From: Octopus sinensis | Lineage: Eukaryota | Assembly (NCBI RefSeq): GCF_006345805.1 | Contig: NC_043006.1 | Span: 65,596,001 to 65,660,000, forward strand | DNA length: 64,000 bases | Direction of reading: 5' to 3' | Part shown: one piece after another, positions 39,345 through 53,310 of the stretch | Numbering within the stretch: position 1 is the first letter of the stretch | Layout: the number at the start of each line of letters is the position of its first letter | Translations under genes and position numbers: made by a program | Notes under the pieces: generated by a model | Told to the model about the DNA's origin: nothing | Database searches by the model: none | The model's input: the letters and a program-made list of their open reading frames with translations, nothing else

Positions 39345-39932
39345 GTGCATCCGTGCTGGTGGCATGTAAAGAATCAGCTTTTGACCGTTGGGCCTCACAG
39401 AGACAAAGTGGCTGAGTTCCTCTTGAGCATTGCACCTCATAGAGGCAAAGTCGCTGAGTTCCTCTTGAGCATTGAGCCTGACAGAAGCAAAGTGGCTGAG
39501 TTCCTTGCGAGCATTAGACCTCATGAAGGCATAGTGGCTGAGTTCCTTCTGAGTGCTGGGCCTCATGGAGGTGAAGTGGTCGAGTTCCTTTTGAGTGTTG
39601 GGCCTCATGGAGGCAATGATCAAGACCTTTGTCATTATGTCATGCTTGAGAAGAAGACCCATCAAGCCGAGCAAAATTGCAGTCATGGTAGATACCGCCG
39701 TGACACAGATTGGCATGTAAACACAACCTGGTATCACGCAAATGGCCCCTGTGCTGGTCGCATGTAAAAGCACCCATTACACTCTCAGTGGTTGGAGTTA
39801 GGAAGGGCATCCAGCTGTCAAAAACCATGCCAAATCAGACTGGTGTTTGGTGCAGCCTTCCAGCATGCCAACCCAGTCAAACTGTCCAACCCATGCCAGC
39901 ATGGACAACGGACGTTAAATGATGATGATGAT
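39345..39932 (+). mobile_element. RTE-derived element with six 42-bp tandem units
   Basis: Units run from 39381 to 39591 at an exact 42-bp period, then RTE ORF-end-like sequence and the family C tail. Confidence 0.85.
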
Positions 39933-40754
39933 ATGGTCACCAGCCACATGTATACACACTTTGGGATAGTGTGATCCTTGGCAGCTGTGTGTGTGTGTGT
40001 GTGCATTTGCATATTTTGAGAGAATTAGCAAAGAATTTGATGCAAAGTAGTGATGTTATGATGGAAACAGAGGCAACAGTAGAAATGCAAAAACAAAAGA
40101 ATCAAATATTCTTGTCTAAATTATGTGTGTGTGTGTACATATATATTTTTTGTCTTTACTTGTTTTCTTCATTGGATCGAGCACATGCTGGGGCACTGCC
40201 TTGCAAGTGTTTAGTTGAACAAATCATTCCCCACCACCAATACTTATTGAAATCGGGTTCTTATTCTCTCAGTCGCTTTTGTCGAACTGCTAGGTTACAG
40301 GGACATAAAGAAACAAACCAACACCAGCTGTTACATTGTGTGGACACACATACATACACACACACACATGCCAGGTTTCCATACAATTTCTGTCTACAAA
40401 ATTCAATCACAAAGCATTGATCAGTCTGGAGGAATAGTAGAAAACATTTGCCCAGGGTGCCATGCAGTGGTACTGAACCTGAAACCACATGGCTGCAATT
40501 CAAGCTTCTTAGCCACACAACCACATCAGCACTGCTTCTACACACACACGCACACGATGAGTATATCCTGGCTATTTCACTGACCTGTTGTACATAATAT
40601 GAGGACTGACCTGTAGCAGTATTTATAGCAGCTGAGTCATGTTACTCTTGTGCTGCTTTTGTCTTCATGCTATACACACGTACACCATTTTGCATAGCTA
40701 AGGGTGTGACCCTTTATGAATTTAATTTAGCCACCAGTGAAGGAGCCTTTAAGC

Positions 40755-41240
40755 CAGTGGTTCTCAACTAGGGTCTGTATGACCCTTGGTGGTCCCTGTA
40801 AGATTATTTTGTTAAAAATTTTGCATAATATATTGGTTATATTTCTACAATACATAAAATATCTTAATTTTTAAATACAATTCCTAATAATATTTAATAA
40901 TCTTTTCTGCTCTAGGCACAAGGCCTGAAATTTTGGGGGAGGGGTCCAGTCAATTAGATCGACTCCAGTATGCAACTGGTACTTAATTTATCGACCCCGA
41001 AAGGATGAAAGGCAAAGTCAACCTTGGCGGAAATCGAACTCGGAACATAAAGACAGACGAAATACCGCTAAGCATTTCGCCTGGTGTGCTAATGTTTCTG
41101 CCAGCTCGCCGCCTTAATAATATTTAATAATGAAAGTATAATGGGTATTTTTTTTTAAAACATCAAACGGCTGTAAGCATCCACCAGAGTAAAATGGGAA
41201 TCAAAGGGTTCCACAGGTAAAAAATGGTTGAGAACCACTG
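40755..41240. mobile_element. hAT MITE family H containing a SINE B insertion
   Basis: TIR CAGTGGTTCTCAAC / GTTGAGAACCACTG. TSD CTTTAAGC / TTTTAAGC. Confidence 0.9.
40902..41114 (-). mobile_element. Young SINE family B with 17-bp TSD
   Basis: TAATAATATTTAATAAT at 40885-40901 and 41115-41131. Confidence 0.93.
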
Positions 41241-41255
41241 TTTTAAGCAGTTGCT

Positions 41256-41603
41256 GAGCCTGTGAGAAATAGCAGCCAAATCTACCTCTTTAGAAAAAGC
41301 ACATATTAAATATTGAGTTTAATCTAGCTGTCAATGAAGAAGTCACTAAGTAGTCAGTGAGCTTGCCAGAAATAGCAGCCAAGTCTACCTCTTTAGATGG
41401 AGCACATATTAAATAATGAGTTTAACCTAGCTGCCAATGAAGAAGTCGCTAAGTAGTCACTGAGCTTGCCAGAAATAGTAGCCAAATCTACCTCTTTAGA
41501 TGAAACACATATTAAATAATGAGTTTAACCTAGCTGCAAATGAAGAAGTCGCTAAGTAGTCACTGAGCTTGCCAGAAATAGCAGCCAAATCTACCTCTTT
41601 AGA
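41256..41603. repeat. 103-bp tandem repeat (~3.3 units) derived from family K
   Basis: AGAAATAG(C/T)AGCCAA at 41265, 41368, 41471 and 41574. Confidence 0.92.
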
Positions 41604-44600
41604 AGCAGGAAACCTAGATACACTGTATCTGAAAACAAGATGGGAAAGATGGTTGAAAATACCTTTAACCATTTAGCTTTCAAATTATTCTGTCAAAGGT
41701 AATGCTTATTTATTCACATTATTTTGAATTAACCGTGAATTGTCTTGTAACTTTTTAGAATGAAATTGTAGGATGGGTGTGGTAGGTCAGATCTGGCCAG
41801 TTTGAACATAAAACCACGTGAGAATTTGGGATGGAGGTGGCTGGCTTAAATGCTAAAGGGTTAATTGTAAATCTGCTTGGTCAGAACTAATTGGCTGAAG
41901 TGGCACTCCATCGGTTATGACGACGAGTGTTCCAGCTGATCTGATCACCGGAACAAAATCAGCTTGTGAAATTAATGTGCAAGTGGCTGAGCACTCCACA
42001 GACACACATGCCCTTAACATAGTTCTCAGGGAGATTTAGTGTGACACAGAATGTGACAAGGCTTTTGCCAGCTGAGTGGACCGAAGAAACATGAAATAAA
42101 GTGTCTTCCTCAAGGACACAACACACTGCCAGGTGTTGAACTCGTGGCCTTATGATTGTAAGCCAAATACCCTCATCACTAAGCCACTTACCTTCACCCA
42201 GTCAAAACTAACCTGAATTTTACTAACACCACCACCACTACCAACAACAACAACCAAACTTTTCTTTAAGAAATTAAAGCAATCTTCATCTGTAAAATGG
42301 TTGGGGCCCAAATATTTGAAACATTTGCATCTTTCTGTGGTAAAATTCTCTGCAATGAGAAGGGATACCATAAATCCCAGCTGCAAACTAAAACACATTG
42401 GGCTGAGTGAATTGGTTGAGTTGTGAGAGCATCTGACAGAATGCCTCTTAGTATTTGCTCTGGCACAGTAGGCTCTAAGTTCAAACCCTACTGATGCCAA
42501 TTTTACTTTTCATGGACAACAGACGTTAAATGATGATGATGATGATGTTATTCAGTGTCCTCACTGGCAGTGGTACCATGAAAAAAGCATCAATATACTT
42601 TGTAAAGTGGCCAGCATTAGAGAGGTCATCCATTTGTAGAGGCCATGCTGAAGCAGACATTGGTGCTAAGTGCAGACCTCTGGCTTATTGAATCCTGTCA
42701 AACTGTCCAACTCATGCCAGCATGGAAAGCAGATATTAAATGGTGGTGATGATGATAACAATGATGATTATGATGATAATGGAGTGGGCCATTATGAGAG
42801 AGAGAGCAGACACAATATAATGCCATTTCACAGGGTATAGGGCTGAAACTGAACCAAAAACGTGTTTGTCCAGCAAACCCTCCTATCCACTTGTCCATCC
42901 TAGTGGCAATTGTGTAAGCAAGTAAAACTCGTGTATATTGCACTAGTTATAGTTAAACCAACTGTTATTGGAGTAGTTGCTAGAAATGGCAGCCAAATCT
43001 CCTCAAAATACACCTTATATTGGTTTCAAATTTTGGTGCAAGGCCAGCAATTACAAGGGATGGTGCAAATCAATTCCATTAACCCTGTGTCCAGCTGGTC
43101 CTTTTTTTTGCCACCCCCGAAAGAATGAAAGGCAAAGTCAACTCCTGTGGCATTTGCTCTCAGAATGTGAAGTTGGAAGAAATACCACTGAGCATTTTTT
43201 AGCTGGTAAGGTAATGGTTCTTCCAGCTTACCACCTTACCAAACCTTATTGTTATCAAATAAAAAGGGGGACACTTTGTGTAATGTAGTCCTGCATGCCC
43301 TTAAAAAGACAGAGGTCACAAATGGAATACCTTTGCTTATAGGCCTGTTTGATTAGCTCTGACCTGGAGCTTAACAACAAGTTATGGTCTGCCATATAAT
43401 CTATTGTATTATTATGCACACATACATATATATATACAATACATACAGTCATACAAAACATAAGTATACACAGAATAAACACACACAAATATATACACAC
43501 TCTTAAACACACATGCATATCCACACACACATACACACACACTCTCAGTATGTAGCAGTGGTAGTAGTAGGTCTCTTGAGAAAGTGCTAAAGATGTGAGC
43601 TGATAAAACAAAGTGTTGTTGTTATCTATGTTAGTGGAATTGTCTAAAAATATTTCCACATATATTCTACCTCCTCTTGTCTCTGTCATCTTCCGCTGTA
43701 TTTATCCTATTGTGTAGTTTACTGTCATCTCTTCTTCTTATCCTCCTCCCTCCTCATCATCCTCATCCGCATCATCATCATCATCGCCGTCGTCGTCACC
43801 GTCACCATTGTCGTATCTTATCTCTTACAACATTGCTTGTGTCCTTCATCACCAGCATCACCGCCACCATCATAGTCATTGGTGCTGTGATCAGTAACAC
43901 CACTGCCGCCATCATCACCATTGTCGTCATCATCATCATAACCACCAATACTATATCCACCACCCCTATCACCACCATCACCACAGCCTCGATTTTTACC
44001 ATCAATGATTCCATTGCCAACATCATCTCTACAACCAGCATCAATATAATACAATATCCACTACCACCACCACCACCACCACCACCATCACCTCCAATAT
44101 CAAATCCATCACCACCACCACCATATCCATTACAATCACAATCCAGCATCATCATCATAACAACAACAGCTTCCACAAATCTATGTGTTTTGCTTACCAA
44201 TATTACGATTCTCTTTCGGTTTAGAATTTTTTGTTTTATTAATTTATCTCTATTTTATTTCTATATTTGTGTTTCGTTTTTATTGTGTTATTTGTGTCAT
44301 AATCATTGTTTATATCCCCGAGACATCTCTAATCAGGTTGATCTATGATCAAAGTCATTTCAGCCGTGACTAACTCACCTTTTATTCAAACATAGTGTTG
44401 TAGAATTACATTGTTGAAAGTGTCCTTCTGTGTTCAAGTCATGTGGTGTGTGATTTTAGGGAAATTTTTCTGCTCTTTTTTGCAATTTTCTTGTCAACTT
44501 TTACCATCATCTTTTTGGGAGTCAGTGAATAATGTACCATTTTAGGGTTGTAGATTTGCAGTATTGTTAGTAGACCGGGCAGAATGTCTTATAATATCTG

Positions 44601-45493
44601 CTCCATCTCTTTGCATTCTGAATTCAGATTCTTCCAAGTGTTTTAATTCTTGAAAATGGCCCTGTCATTGTTCCCTCAGTCACTGTGTGGAGGCATCAAA
44701 GTACACCATGATAAACTTCAGCACTGGCATCTCTCTAGACTTAAACAGATTTATCATCATCATCATCATCATCGCTATATATAGTTGTGCCTTTGATATG
44801 GGAGTTTTTGAAGTCCAAGCACTGTGTGCATAGAACTGGTAATTCTTTGATCAAACTCACTTGCAAATGTTTGCAGTGTTTCAGAAACCTTGGGCACAGC
44901 CTCAACAGCAAGGAAATATCAATGATAGTTATTATTGTATTTCTTTAAATAATAATGGGTGCAAGCAGTGAAGGCACGTGGCTTAGTGGTTAGGGTATTC
45001 AACTCACAATTGTAAGTGTATGAGTTCATTTCCCAGTAGCACAATTGTGTCCTTGAGCAAGACACTTCATTTCACATTGCTCCAGTTCATTCAGCTGGCA
45101 AAAATGAGTTAGACCTGCATTTCGAAGGGCCAGCCTTAGTATATTTATTCTGTGTCATGGTGAATCTCCTTTAGATGTTTATTTGTGGAGTGCTTGGCCG
45201 CTTGCAAGTTAATTTCACAAGCAAGCTCTTTTGTTGATCGGATCAACTGGAACCCTCATCGTTGTAAACTGGGGTGCCGGTTAAGTTAATAGGTGCAGGC
45301 ATGGCTGTGTGGTTAAGAAGTTTGTCTTTTAACCACATATCTTCAGGTTCAGTCCCATCATGCTGCACTTAGGGCAGGTGTCATTTGCTAAATCTGCAGG
45401 CCAGCCAATCATTTGTGAGTGACTTTAGTGTGAAAATTTGTAAGCCTTTATGAATGAATGTTGACAATCTAACAGTTGTTCTTACTCTGTCTC

Positions 45494-45643
<150 letters not shown>

Positions 45644-45719
45644 TATAAGCACATGAAATAGCAAGGATTAAAATGAAGAAGCAAACATTTATTTCTTATG
45701 CACACTTCATACACTAGAA

Positions 45720-45904
45720 CAGTGGTCCACAACCGGTATGCTGTGGCACCCTGGTGTGCCACAAGATGATGCTAAGTGTGCCACAGCATAACCTGAATAT
45801 AGTTTTTTTCCCTATACTTTTAGTTATATTTTTAGTTCAGATGTGACACCAAATTATGAAAAGAATCTAAGTGTATCACAAGTGAAAAAGGTTGCAGAGC
45901 ACTG
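45720..45904. mobile_element. hAT (Charlie-like) MITE with perfect 8-bp TSD
   Basis: CAGTGGTCCACAACC...GGTTGCAGAGCACTG. TSD CACTAGAA at 45712-45719 and 45905-45912. A truncated homolog lies at ~6945-7090. Confidence 0.9.
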
Positions 45905-48367
45905 CACTAGAATATGAAGGACATTTATTACAGGATTCAATTTCTCTATAGGTTTTGTGTGTAAAAATGTGTTGACTCGTGCTTCAAGTGATAGTTAACA
46001 GATGTGGGGCTCTGGCACCTTTATTGCCTCTCCTGTATATATACCATCTCAGTCATTTGGGGCTAAGTCAAAATCTCTGTTCCTGTATGTAGAAAGCAGT
46101 AATGATGTGTTTGCTGGTGTCTCCTGAGGCTACCCCTGCCTCCTCCTCTTCCCCTCTTTCCTCTTCCTCATTGTCATCATTTAACATCTATTTTCCATGC
46201 TAGCATAAGCTGGATGCTCCAAAGTCCAATGCGTGGCGCCCTAGTGATATCACCAAATAACTCACAAACAACATTTCTTCAATTAAGATGGGTAAAGTAT
46301 AGTGAGGATTAAAACAGAGATGTATACATTTATTTTTACAATGTTCTTTCACACCCAAATATGAAAGATCTTAGAGAAAAAAAATTTCTTTGAATAGACT
46401 TTGTAAAATATACCAATAAAGAAAACATTGTGTTGAGCTCCATGTGATGTCAGTGGACTATACGATACAGTGTTTTGGTGTGATTTCACTTCTTCAGTAA
46501 TAAATGTACACATCTTATATGAGCACCAGGCTTAAAAGAAGCTCTGATGTTGATAAGTTCTACAAAACCTTAAAAGGTGATGCCCCAACATAGCTACAGG
46601 CCAGTGACTGAAACAAATAACACAGAATAACTTTTAACAATAGAGAACCTCTCATGAAAAAACACACATGCTGGTGCAATGTAAAAAAAAAACACCCAGT
46701 ACACTCTGTAAAATGATTGGCATTATGAAGGGCATATAGCTATAGAAAGCATACCAAAATAAACAACTGGAGCCTTGTACAGCTCCTGGCCTTAGCAGTT
46801 CCAATCAAGCTGTCCAACCTATGCCAGCATGGAAAGCAGATGTTTAATGATAGTGATGATGATGATGTATGTATATATGTATGGATGTATGTGTGTATGT
46901 ATATGTATATAAAATTTAAACAGCAAATGTAAAAGTTTCCTGAGTCATACCAACTCAAAAGGCCAGTTACCATGGCATATATATCCCCCACCCTCATGGG
47001 ACGCCAGTATGGTGCAAGATTACTCATGGTTGCCAGCTGAGTGGAGTGGAGCAACTGGAAATGTGAGGTGTTTTGCTCAAGAGCACAACATATTGCCCAG
47101 TCCAGGAGTCAAAACCACAATATTACGATCACAAGTCTAACACCCTAATCACTAAGCCTTGCGCCTCTACTAAATGTGGCCAGAAGTTGTTCAGTTATGG
47201 CGGTCACCTCAGAATGTGGAGTTGGATCAGAGAGAAATACTCTCAAATTATTGCCTCCTTGAAATATTTATCATAGAGTAACCATGTACCTCTGCTGCAA
47301 CAAAATACTTGCTTCTGTCTCTCTATCATACTTTGACCTCTCATCACCTGTTTGAAATCCACCTCCCTCGGTACTATCCATCCATCCTGAATTGAAGGGT
47401 CTAGTCCTGTAAGTTGCTTGGTGCCCTCATTGATGCCAGGGCCACGTAAAAAACGCCCAGTACATTCTGTAATGTTAGTGTTATGAAGGGCATCCAGCTG
47501 TGGAAACCATGCCATAGCAGACAGTGGTGTTTGATGTGGTCCTCAGGCTCACCAGCTCCTGTCAAGCTATCCAACCTGTGGCAGCATGGAAAATGGTCAT
47601 TAAATGATGATGATGATGATGATGATAATGATGATGTGCTTAATTAAATTAATGGGTGATTAATGAACTAATTAATCAATGTCCTACAACGGTGATTTTT
47701 CTCATCATCACCTCAAAGTCAGTTTCTGTATTGGAGATGTAAAATTGAATGAATTAATCTGAGCATGTTTTATCAATCCTGGACCTGATAAAATGTAAAA
47801 TCAATTGTGTTTATTCTTTAACTCCTTTATCATTGGATAAAATTGGCATCAACAAAATATGATATCCTGAGATGAAAGTACTTGAGATGACAAGATGTGA
47901 CAGCCTATCAGTTATTCTCTCCTCTCCACCCCACCCCTTAAAATGGAACAAGATGACCAGAAACAAATTCTGACTATTTCATCAAAAAAGTAAAGACCTC
48001 CTCACTCAGAGAGTTTGAACCTAAGAAATTCCCTCTGCTCTGGTTTTACTACTCAAATTTATTATTATTCTTTCCCATGTCTTGGAGATGGCAGAATAAG
48101 CCAGGACTATTGTGTAGACTGCCAAGCTATTGGGGATTTGGTTTATTATTTATTTATTTCTCTACTTTCTATTATATATCCTCTGTTATATCTTTTAATG
48201 TGGTAGTATCTCCCCTGATTGATGTTAACCCCACATGTTTTTGTAATTTTTTTTTGTACTGTAACTCGTCCTTTGATATTGTCCTCCATGTCTTGGGCCC
48301 TTGTAGCCAATAAAAGAAATCATGATTATTATTATTATTGCTGCTGCCGCTGTTGTTGTTGTTATTT

Positions 48368-49645
48368 AGGTGGTGAGCTGGCAGAATTGTTAGCATGCTG
48401 AACAAAATGCTTAGTGGTATTTCACCCGTTGCTACGTTATGAGTTCAAATTCTGCCATGGTCGACTTTGCTTTCATTCTTTCAGGGTCGATGAATTAAGT
48501 AGCAGTGAAACACTGGGGTCAATGTAATTGACTAGTCCCCTCCCCCAAAATTTCAGACCTTGTGTCTATAGTAGAAAGGATTGTTGTTGTTATTCCACCA
48601 AGGTTGACTTTACATTTAATTTTTTTGGGGTTGATAAATTAAGTACCAGTGAAACACTAGTCGATGTAATCAACTAGTCCCCTCTCCCAAAATTTCAAGG
48701 GCTTGTGCCTTCAGTAGAAAGGATTATTGTTGTTATTATTATGGCAACAAGCTGGCAGAATCATTAGCACGCCGGGTGAAATGCTTAGCAGCATTACGTT
48801 TACCACTATGTTCTGAGTTCAAATTCCACTAAGGGCCGACTTTGCCTTCCATCCTTTTTGGGTCAATGAATTAAGTACCAGTGAAACACCGGGGTCAATG
48901 TAATTGACTAATTCCATCCCCCCAAATTTCAGGCCTTGTGCCTATAGTAGAAAGGATTATTATTTAAGGCAGTGAACTGGCAGAATTGTTAGCACACTGG
49001 ACGAAATTCTTAGTGATATTTCACCCATTGCTACATTCTAAGTTGAAATTCCGCTGGGGTTAGCTTTGCCTTTCATCCTTTCGGGGTCAATAAATTAAGT
49101 ACCAGTTATGCACTGGAGTTGATGTAATTGACTTAATCACTTCCCCCAAATTCAAGGCCTTGTGCTTCCAGTAGAAAGAATATCATCATCATCATCATCA
49201 TCATCGTCATTATTATTATCGTTATTCAGTAATCTCTTTTCCCTTGAGTGCTTTCACTGTACTACTTAGTGTAGCCCTGTGTGTTTGCTTTGGTGGGGTT
49301 ATTTTTTACTATATTGGAAGTGCCCTATATACAATGTGTACTGTGGGTACCAGTCAAGTGCTGGGGGTCAGTGTAATAAATTGACCGCCTTCTCATGAAA
49401 TTGTTGACCATGATGTATTAAATTTCAAAACAATCATCATCATTATCATCGTTAAGGTGGTGAACTGACAGAGTTTTTAGCATCTCCTGTAGCTTCTTGT
49501 TCTGAGTTTGAATTCCACCATGGTTGACTTTACCTTTCATTGTTTTGGGGTCAATAAATTAAGTACCAGTTGAGCACTGGGGTTGATGTGTTACTGACTA
49601 GCTCCTTTCCCCAAAATTTCAAGCCTTGTGCCTATAGTTGAAATT
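48368..49645 (+). mobile_element. Head-to-tail cluster of SINE family B copies
   Basis: Units begin at ~48368, 48594 (5'-truncated), 48741, 48966, 49345 (fragment) and 49453, mostly separated by (TTG/TTA/CAT)n tails. Confidence 0.9.
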
Positions 49646-49885
49646 ATTGTTGTTGTTATTGTTATTATTAGTTATTTATTTAAGTATTTACTTCACATTT
49701 CACTTCCTCTTCATACATGGCAGAATAAATAATTTGTTAAACATGTGTGCAATTGTCAAGCTTTTTTTAAAATTTATTTTTTTAATTTCAAATAACTTCC
49801 TAAGCCATCATCTTGGAATTGCCAACCAAGAACAACTCTTGACAAGGATGATGATGATGATGACAACAACAACAACAATATTATT

Positions 49886-49926
<41 letters not shown>

Positions 49927-50777
49927 ATTTGTGACTTAATAGAATATGGTTAAGAGATTAGCTATCAGTGGCTGTTTTTTCCATTCTCTTTCCTGCACAT
50001 CTTGATGAGTTATTCTCAAAGACAGAATGAACATCTGACGATGGTTCACTCCATTGGTTAAATAGTCTATGAAATTGATGGATGCTATTTCCCAACATGC
50101 ACTCCATGTTTTTGCTGTTGGTAACCTGTAAAGTGATAATGCGTCTTATTGATTTGGATTTATTGGTTCCCGGTAAATTTCCATAGTTTTCATTACACCA
50201 TCACTGCAAACATCAAATTTTCCACCTCCTCCTTCTCCTCCTCCTCATCCCCCCCCCCGCTTCTGCCGCCCCCCACCCACCACCTCTCTTGCCGTCTCTT
50301 CTTAGCTCTCTTGTACAAATGCTTAGGTGGCTTGTGAATTCTTTCACTTTTCTTTCATATGGAAATTGTAATGCCATTTACCCCCCACTCCTCCTCTCTT
50401 CTCCTCACTCTTCTCGTCTGAATTAACTCTCAGATCGGCCGCCGTTTTAGCTTTTAAACACACGCAATAAACAACATGTCGCTATTTTAATTGTTAACCG
50501 AAATAGTATTCTGTGTGTGTGTGTGAAAGTAAATATGAGATGTGTTATCTTGTGTTGTTGTTGTATGAACATGCTCACTGACATGTGGTTACACCTATTA
50601 GCATATGTGTATATATGTATGTGTGCATTTATACATACACATACACCCATCTATCTCTCTCTCATATATATATATATAGTGTGTATGTATATGCATGTGT
50701 ATAAGTGTGTGTATGTGTATATATGTGTATGTATATATATATATGTGTGTGTGTATGTGTGTGTAAGTGTATGTGTC

Positions 50778-50810
<33 letters not shown>

Positions 50811-50869
50811 TGATGGAGTATGTGTACATACATCCGTCTATTTATCTGTGTGTCTATGTATGCATGTGT

Positions 50870-50905
<36 letters not shown>

Positions 50906-52103
50906 TATGTAATATGTTCTTCCCTCCCCTCCCCCGCCCTTTGAGTTCACTAAATCCTGTACAGTATCATCCATTACATTTGTATGCATATTAAATTGTA
51001 TTTAATGGTTAGCAAAGTTTCAAAAATATCTCCCAGACCAGATTGTTATCATTTGTTATCTGTTCTACAATACCTGAGTCTCTAGATTTTTCCGTTTGTT
51101 TTTGTTCAACAATGACAAAACAACAAAACACTGGGCAATTACAATAACATTTTCTTTTTTTTTTTTATTTATTACCTTCTTTTTAATCTATCTATCCCCC
51201 CATCATCCCTCGCCCACTCTCTCCAAATCATTTGGTTCCTGCTTACTGGTCACAAAATTTCTAACCATCGCTGCCGTTACTGCGGCGGGAGGGGGGGGTC
51301 TACCATCACCACCACCACCATCACTGCTACTGCTGCTAGCACAGTCACCATCATCACTCCTGCTCCTACCCCCTCCACCACTATTATTAACATGGTCCCT
51401 GCTTCCACCATCTTTATCATCTGCTGCACACACCTTCCTCCTGACCTCAAAATTATTACATTATTATATTGCTTTTAGTTACACACACACACACACTTCC
51501 TTGCATATACACACATGTATCAATGCAGATGCATATACACCCACACACACACACACACCCCCCACACAGTCATATATGCATACATACACACACACTCCAC
51601 ACGGTCATATATGCATACACACACACATAATCTGTTAATATCTCGACGTCCTCATCTCATCTGCTGCTGGTGTAGATAATAATAAGATGTGTGATATCCA
51701 TCTGATTGATGTACACATCATTTGAAGCTTGCCTCATAGCCTCTCTCTGTAAAACTGACTCTCAGACTCTTCAGCAGTCAGCCTGGAATCATTTATTTAT
51801 TTATTTGTTCTTCTTGAAGCTCTCTGCTTCTCTCTATCGCTATGTCTTGTGCTTGATGTTGTTGTTGTTGATCTTGTGCTTTAAAATATTGAGCTTTCTT
51901 CTGATGTCTCTGATGAAACAGCCACAGGGCTTTGTATATTCTATTGACGGCATCAGTTATAGGAACGTGGCCATGCTATAGCACTCTCATCAAGACAGTC
52001 TCAGACAATGTCAACCCTGGTATTTCTGTTAAGCATTCAACACACTAGTTCTACCATTCCTCATCAACATATGTGTGGGTGTGGGTGGGTGTCTGGTGTG
52101 TAT

Positions 52104-52478
52104 ATATTTATATGCATGCATGGTGGAAGTGCAATGGCCCAGTGGTTAGGGCAGTAGGCTTGCGATTGTAGGATCGTGGTTTCGGTTCCCAGACTGGGCA
52201 TTGTGAGTGTTTATTGAGTGAAAATACTTAAAACTCCACCAGGCTCTGGCTGGGGGTGGTAGTGAACCCTACTGTACTCTTTCACCACAACTTTCTCACA
52301 CTCTTTCTTCCTGTTTTTGTTGTACCTGTATTTCAAAGAGGCCAGCCTTGTCACACTCTGTGTCATGCTGAATCTCCCTGAGAACTACTTTAAGGGTACA
52401 TGTGTTTGAGGAGTGCTCAGGCTGTTCCATTGATCAGATCAACTGGAACCCTTGTCATCAGAACTGACGGAGTGCCAC
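52104..52478 (+). mobile_element. SINE head L + tail E
   Basis: Head GCAATGGCCCAGTGGTTAGGGCAG, shared with 61725-62009, fused to tail E. Confidence 0.85.
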
Positions 52479-52676
52479 GATGTATGCATGTATGTATGTA
52501 GGCACAGGGAGGCTTGTGTGGTTGAAAAGTTTGCCTCCTAATCGTATGGTTTCTAGTTCATTCCTGCTGAACAGCACCTTTCCTCTACTGTAGCCCTATG
52601 CTAACTAAAATCCCTTTGAGTGGATTTAGTAGACAGAATCTGAAAGAAATTTGTTGTGTGTTGGTGTGTGTGCACA

Positions 52677-52719
<43 letters not shown>

Positions 52720-52720
<1 letters not shown>

Positions 52721-53310
52721 CAAAGAGTCTGTGGCTACAAGACTAACAGTATGTAGTTAATCTATAAAAAGAGCTCAGTGAATGTGCAGCGAGGAGTGGA
52801 AAATCTAACCTTTCAGACAGAGTCCTTCTTCTGAGAAAAGGTTAAAGGAGAGAAATTAATGAGAGACAGCAGAGTGTTTTATCCTCTAAATTAGAAAAAA
52901 AATGGCTGCAAATGATAACTAACACAGGTCCATCGAACCTTCGTATGTGAATTGGATAGGAAGTGGTAGGAGAGAGAAAGAGAATGAAGGAGGTAAAAGT
53001 AAAGAGGAATGGAATAAGGATAGAATCAGGAACAGTCTAGAGTGAAAGGAAAAGATGTCATGAGAGGGAAGTTGAAGAAAGGGTTTAATGAACTAAGAGG
53101 AAGTATAGCAGTGAGTGAGTTCATATTTCCAATGTGTGTGTTGGTCTGTAACCAATGGCTTCCTGATGGTGTCGTTTGGTTGCAGAGCATATCCAGGCAT
53201 ATCCAGAGCATATCCAGGCTTCTTGACATGTTGCACGATCTTTGTAAACAAAAGGCTCATCTTGTCTTTTGTTTTTGGTCTTCCGCATGAAGCATGTCCA
53301 AGCTATTTTT
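52720..53310 (-). mobile_element. Possible Penelope-like 3' end/pseudo-LTR with decayed hammerhead-like motif
   Basis: On the minus strand: weak QKTR*AFCLQ GIY-YIG-like end, CT-rich UTR, then CAGAAGA-A-GGAC-TCT-GTCT-GAAA-GGTTA. Confidence 0.5.

Noticed and set aside
43677-44348. 223-aa His/Thr/Pro-rich ORF with hydrophobic stretches
   Set aside because: Degenerate CAT/CAC/CCA trinucleotide low-complexity sequence, with a non-ATG start and no splice or homology support.
51096-51638. 180-aa Pro/Leu-rich ORF
   Set aside because: Low-complexity and CA-repeat-derived, with no recognisable domain.
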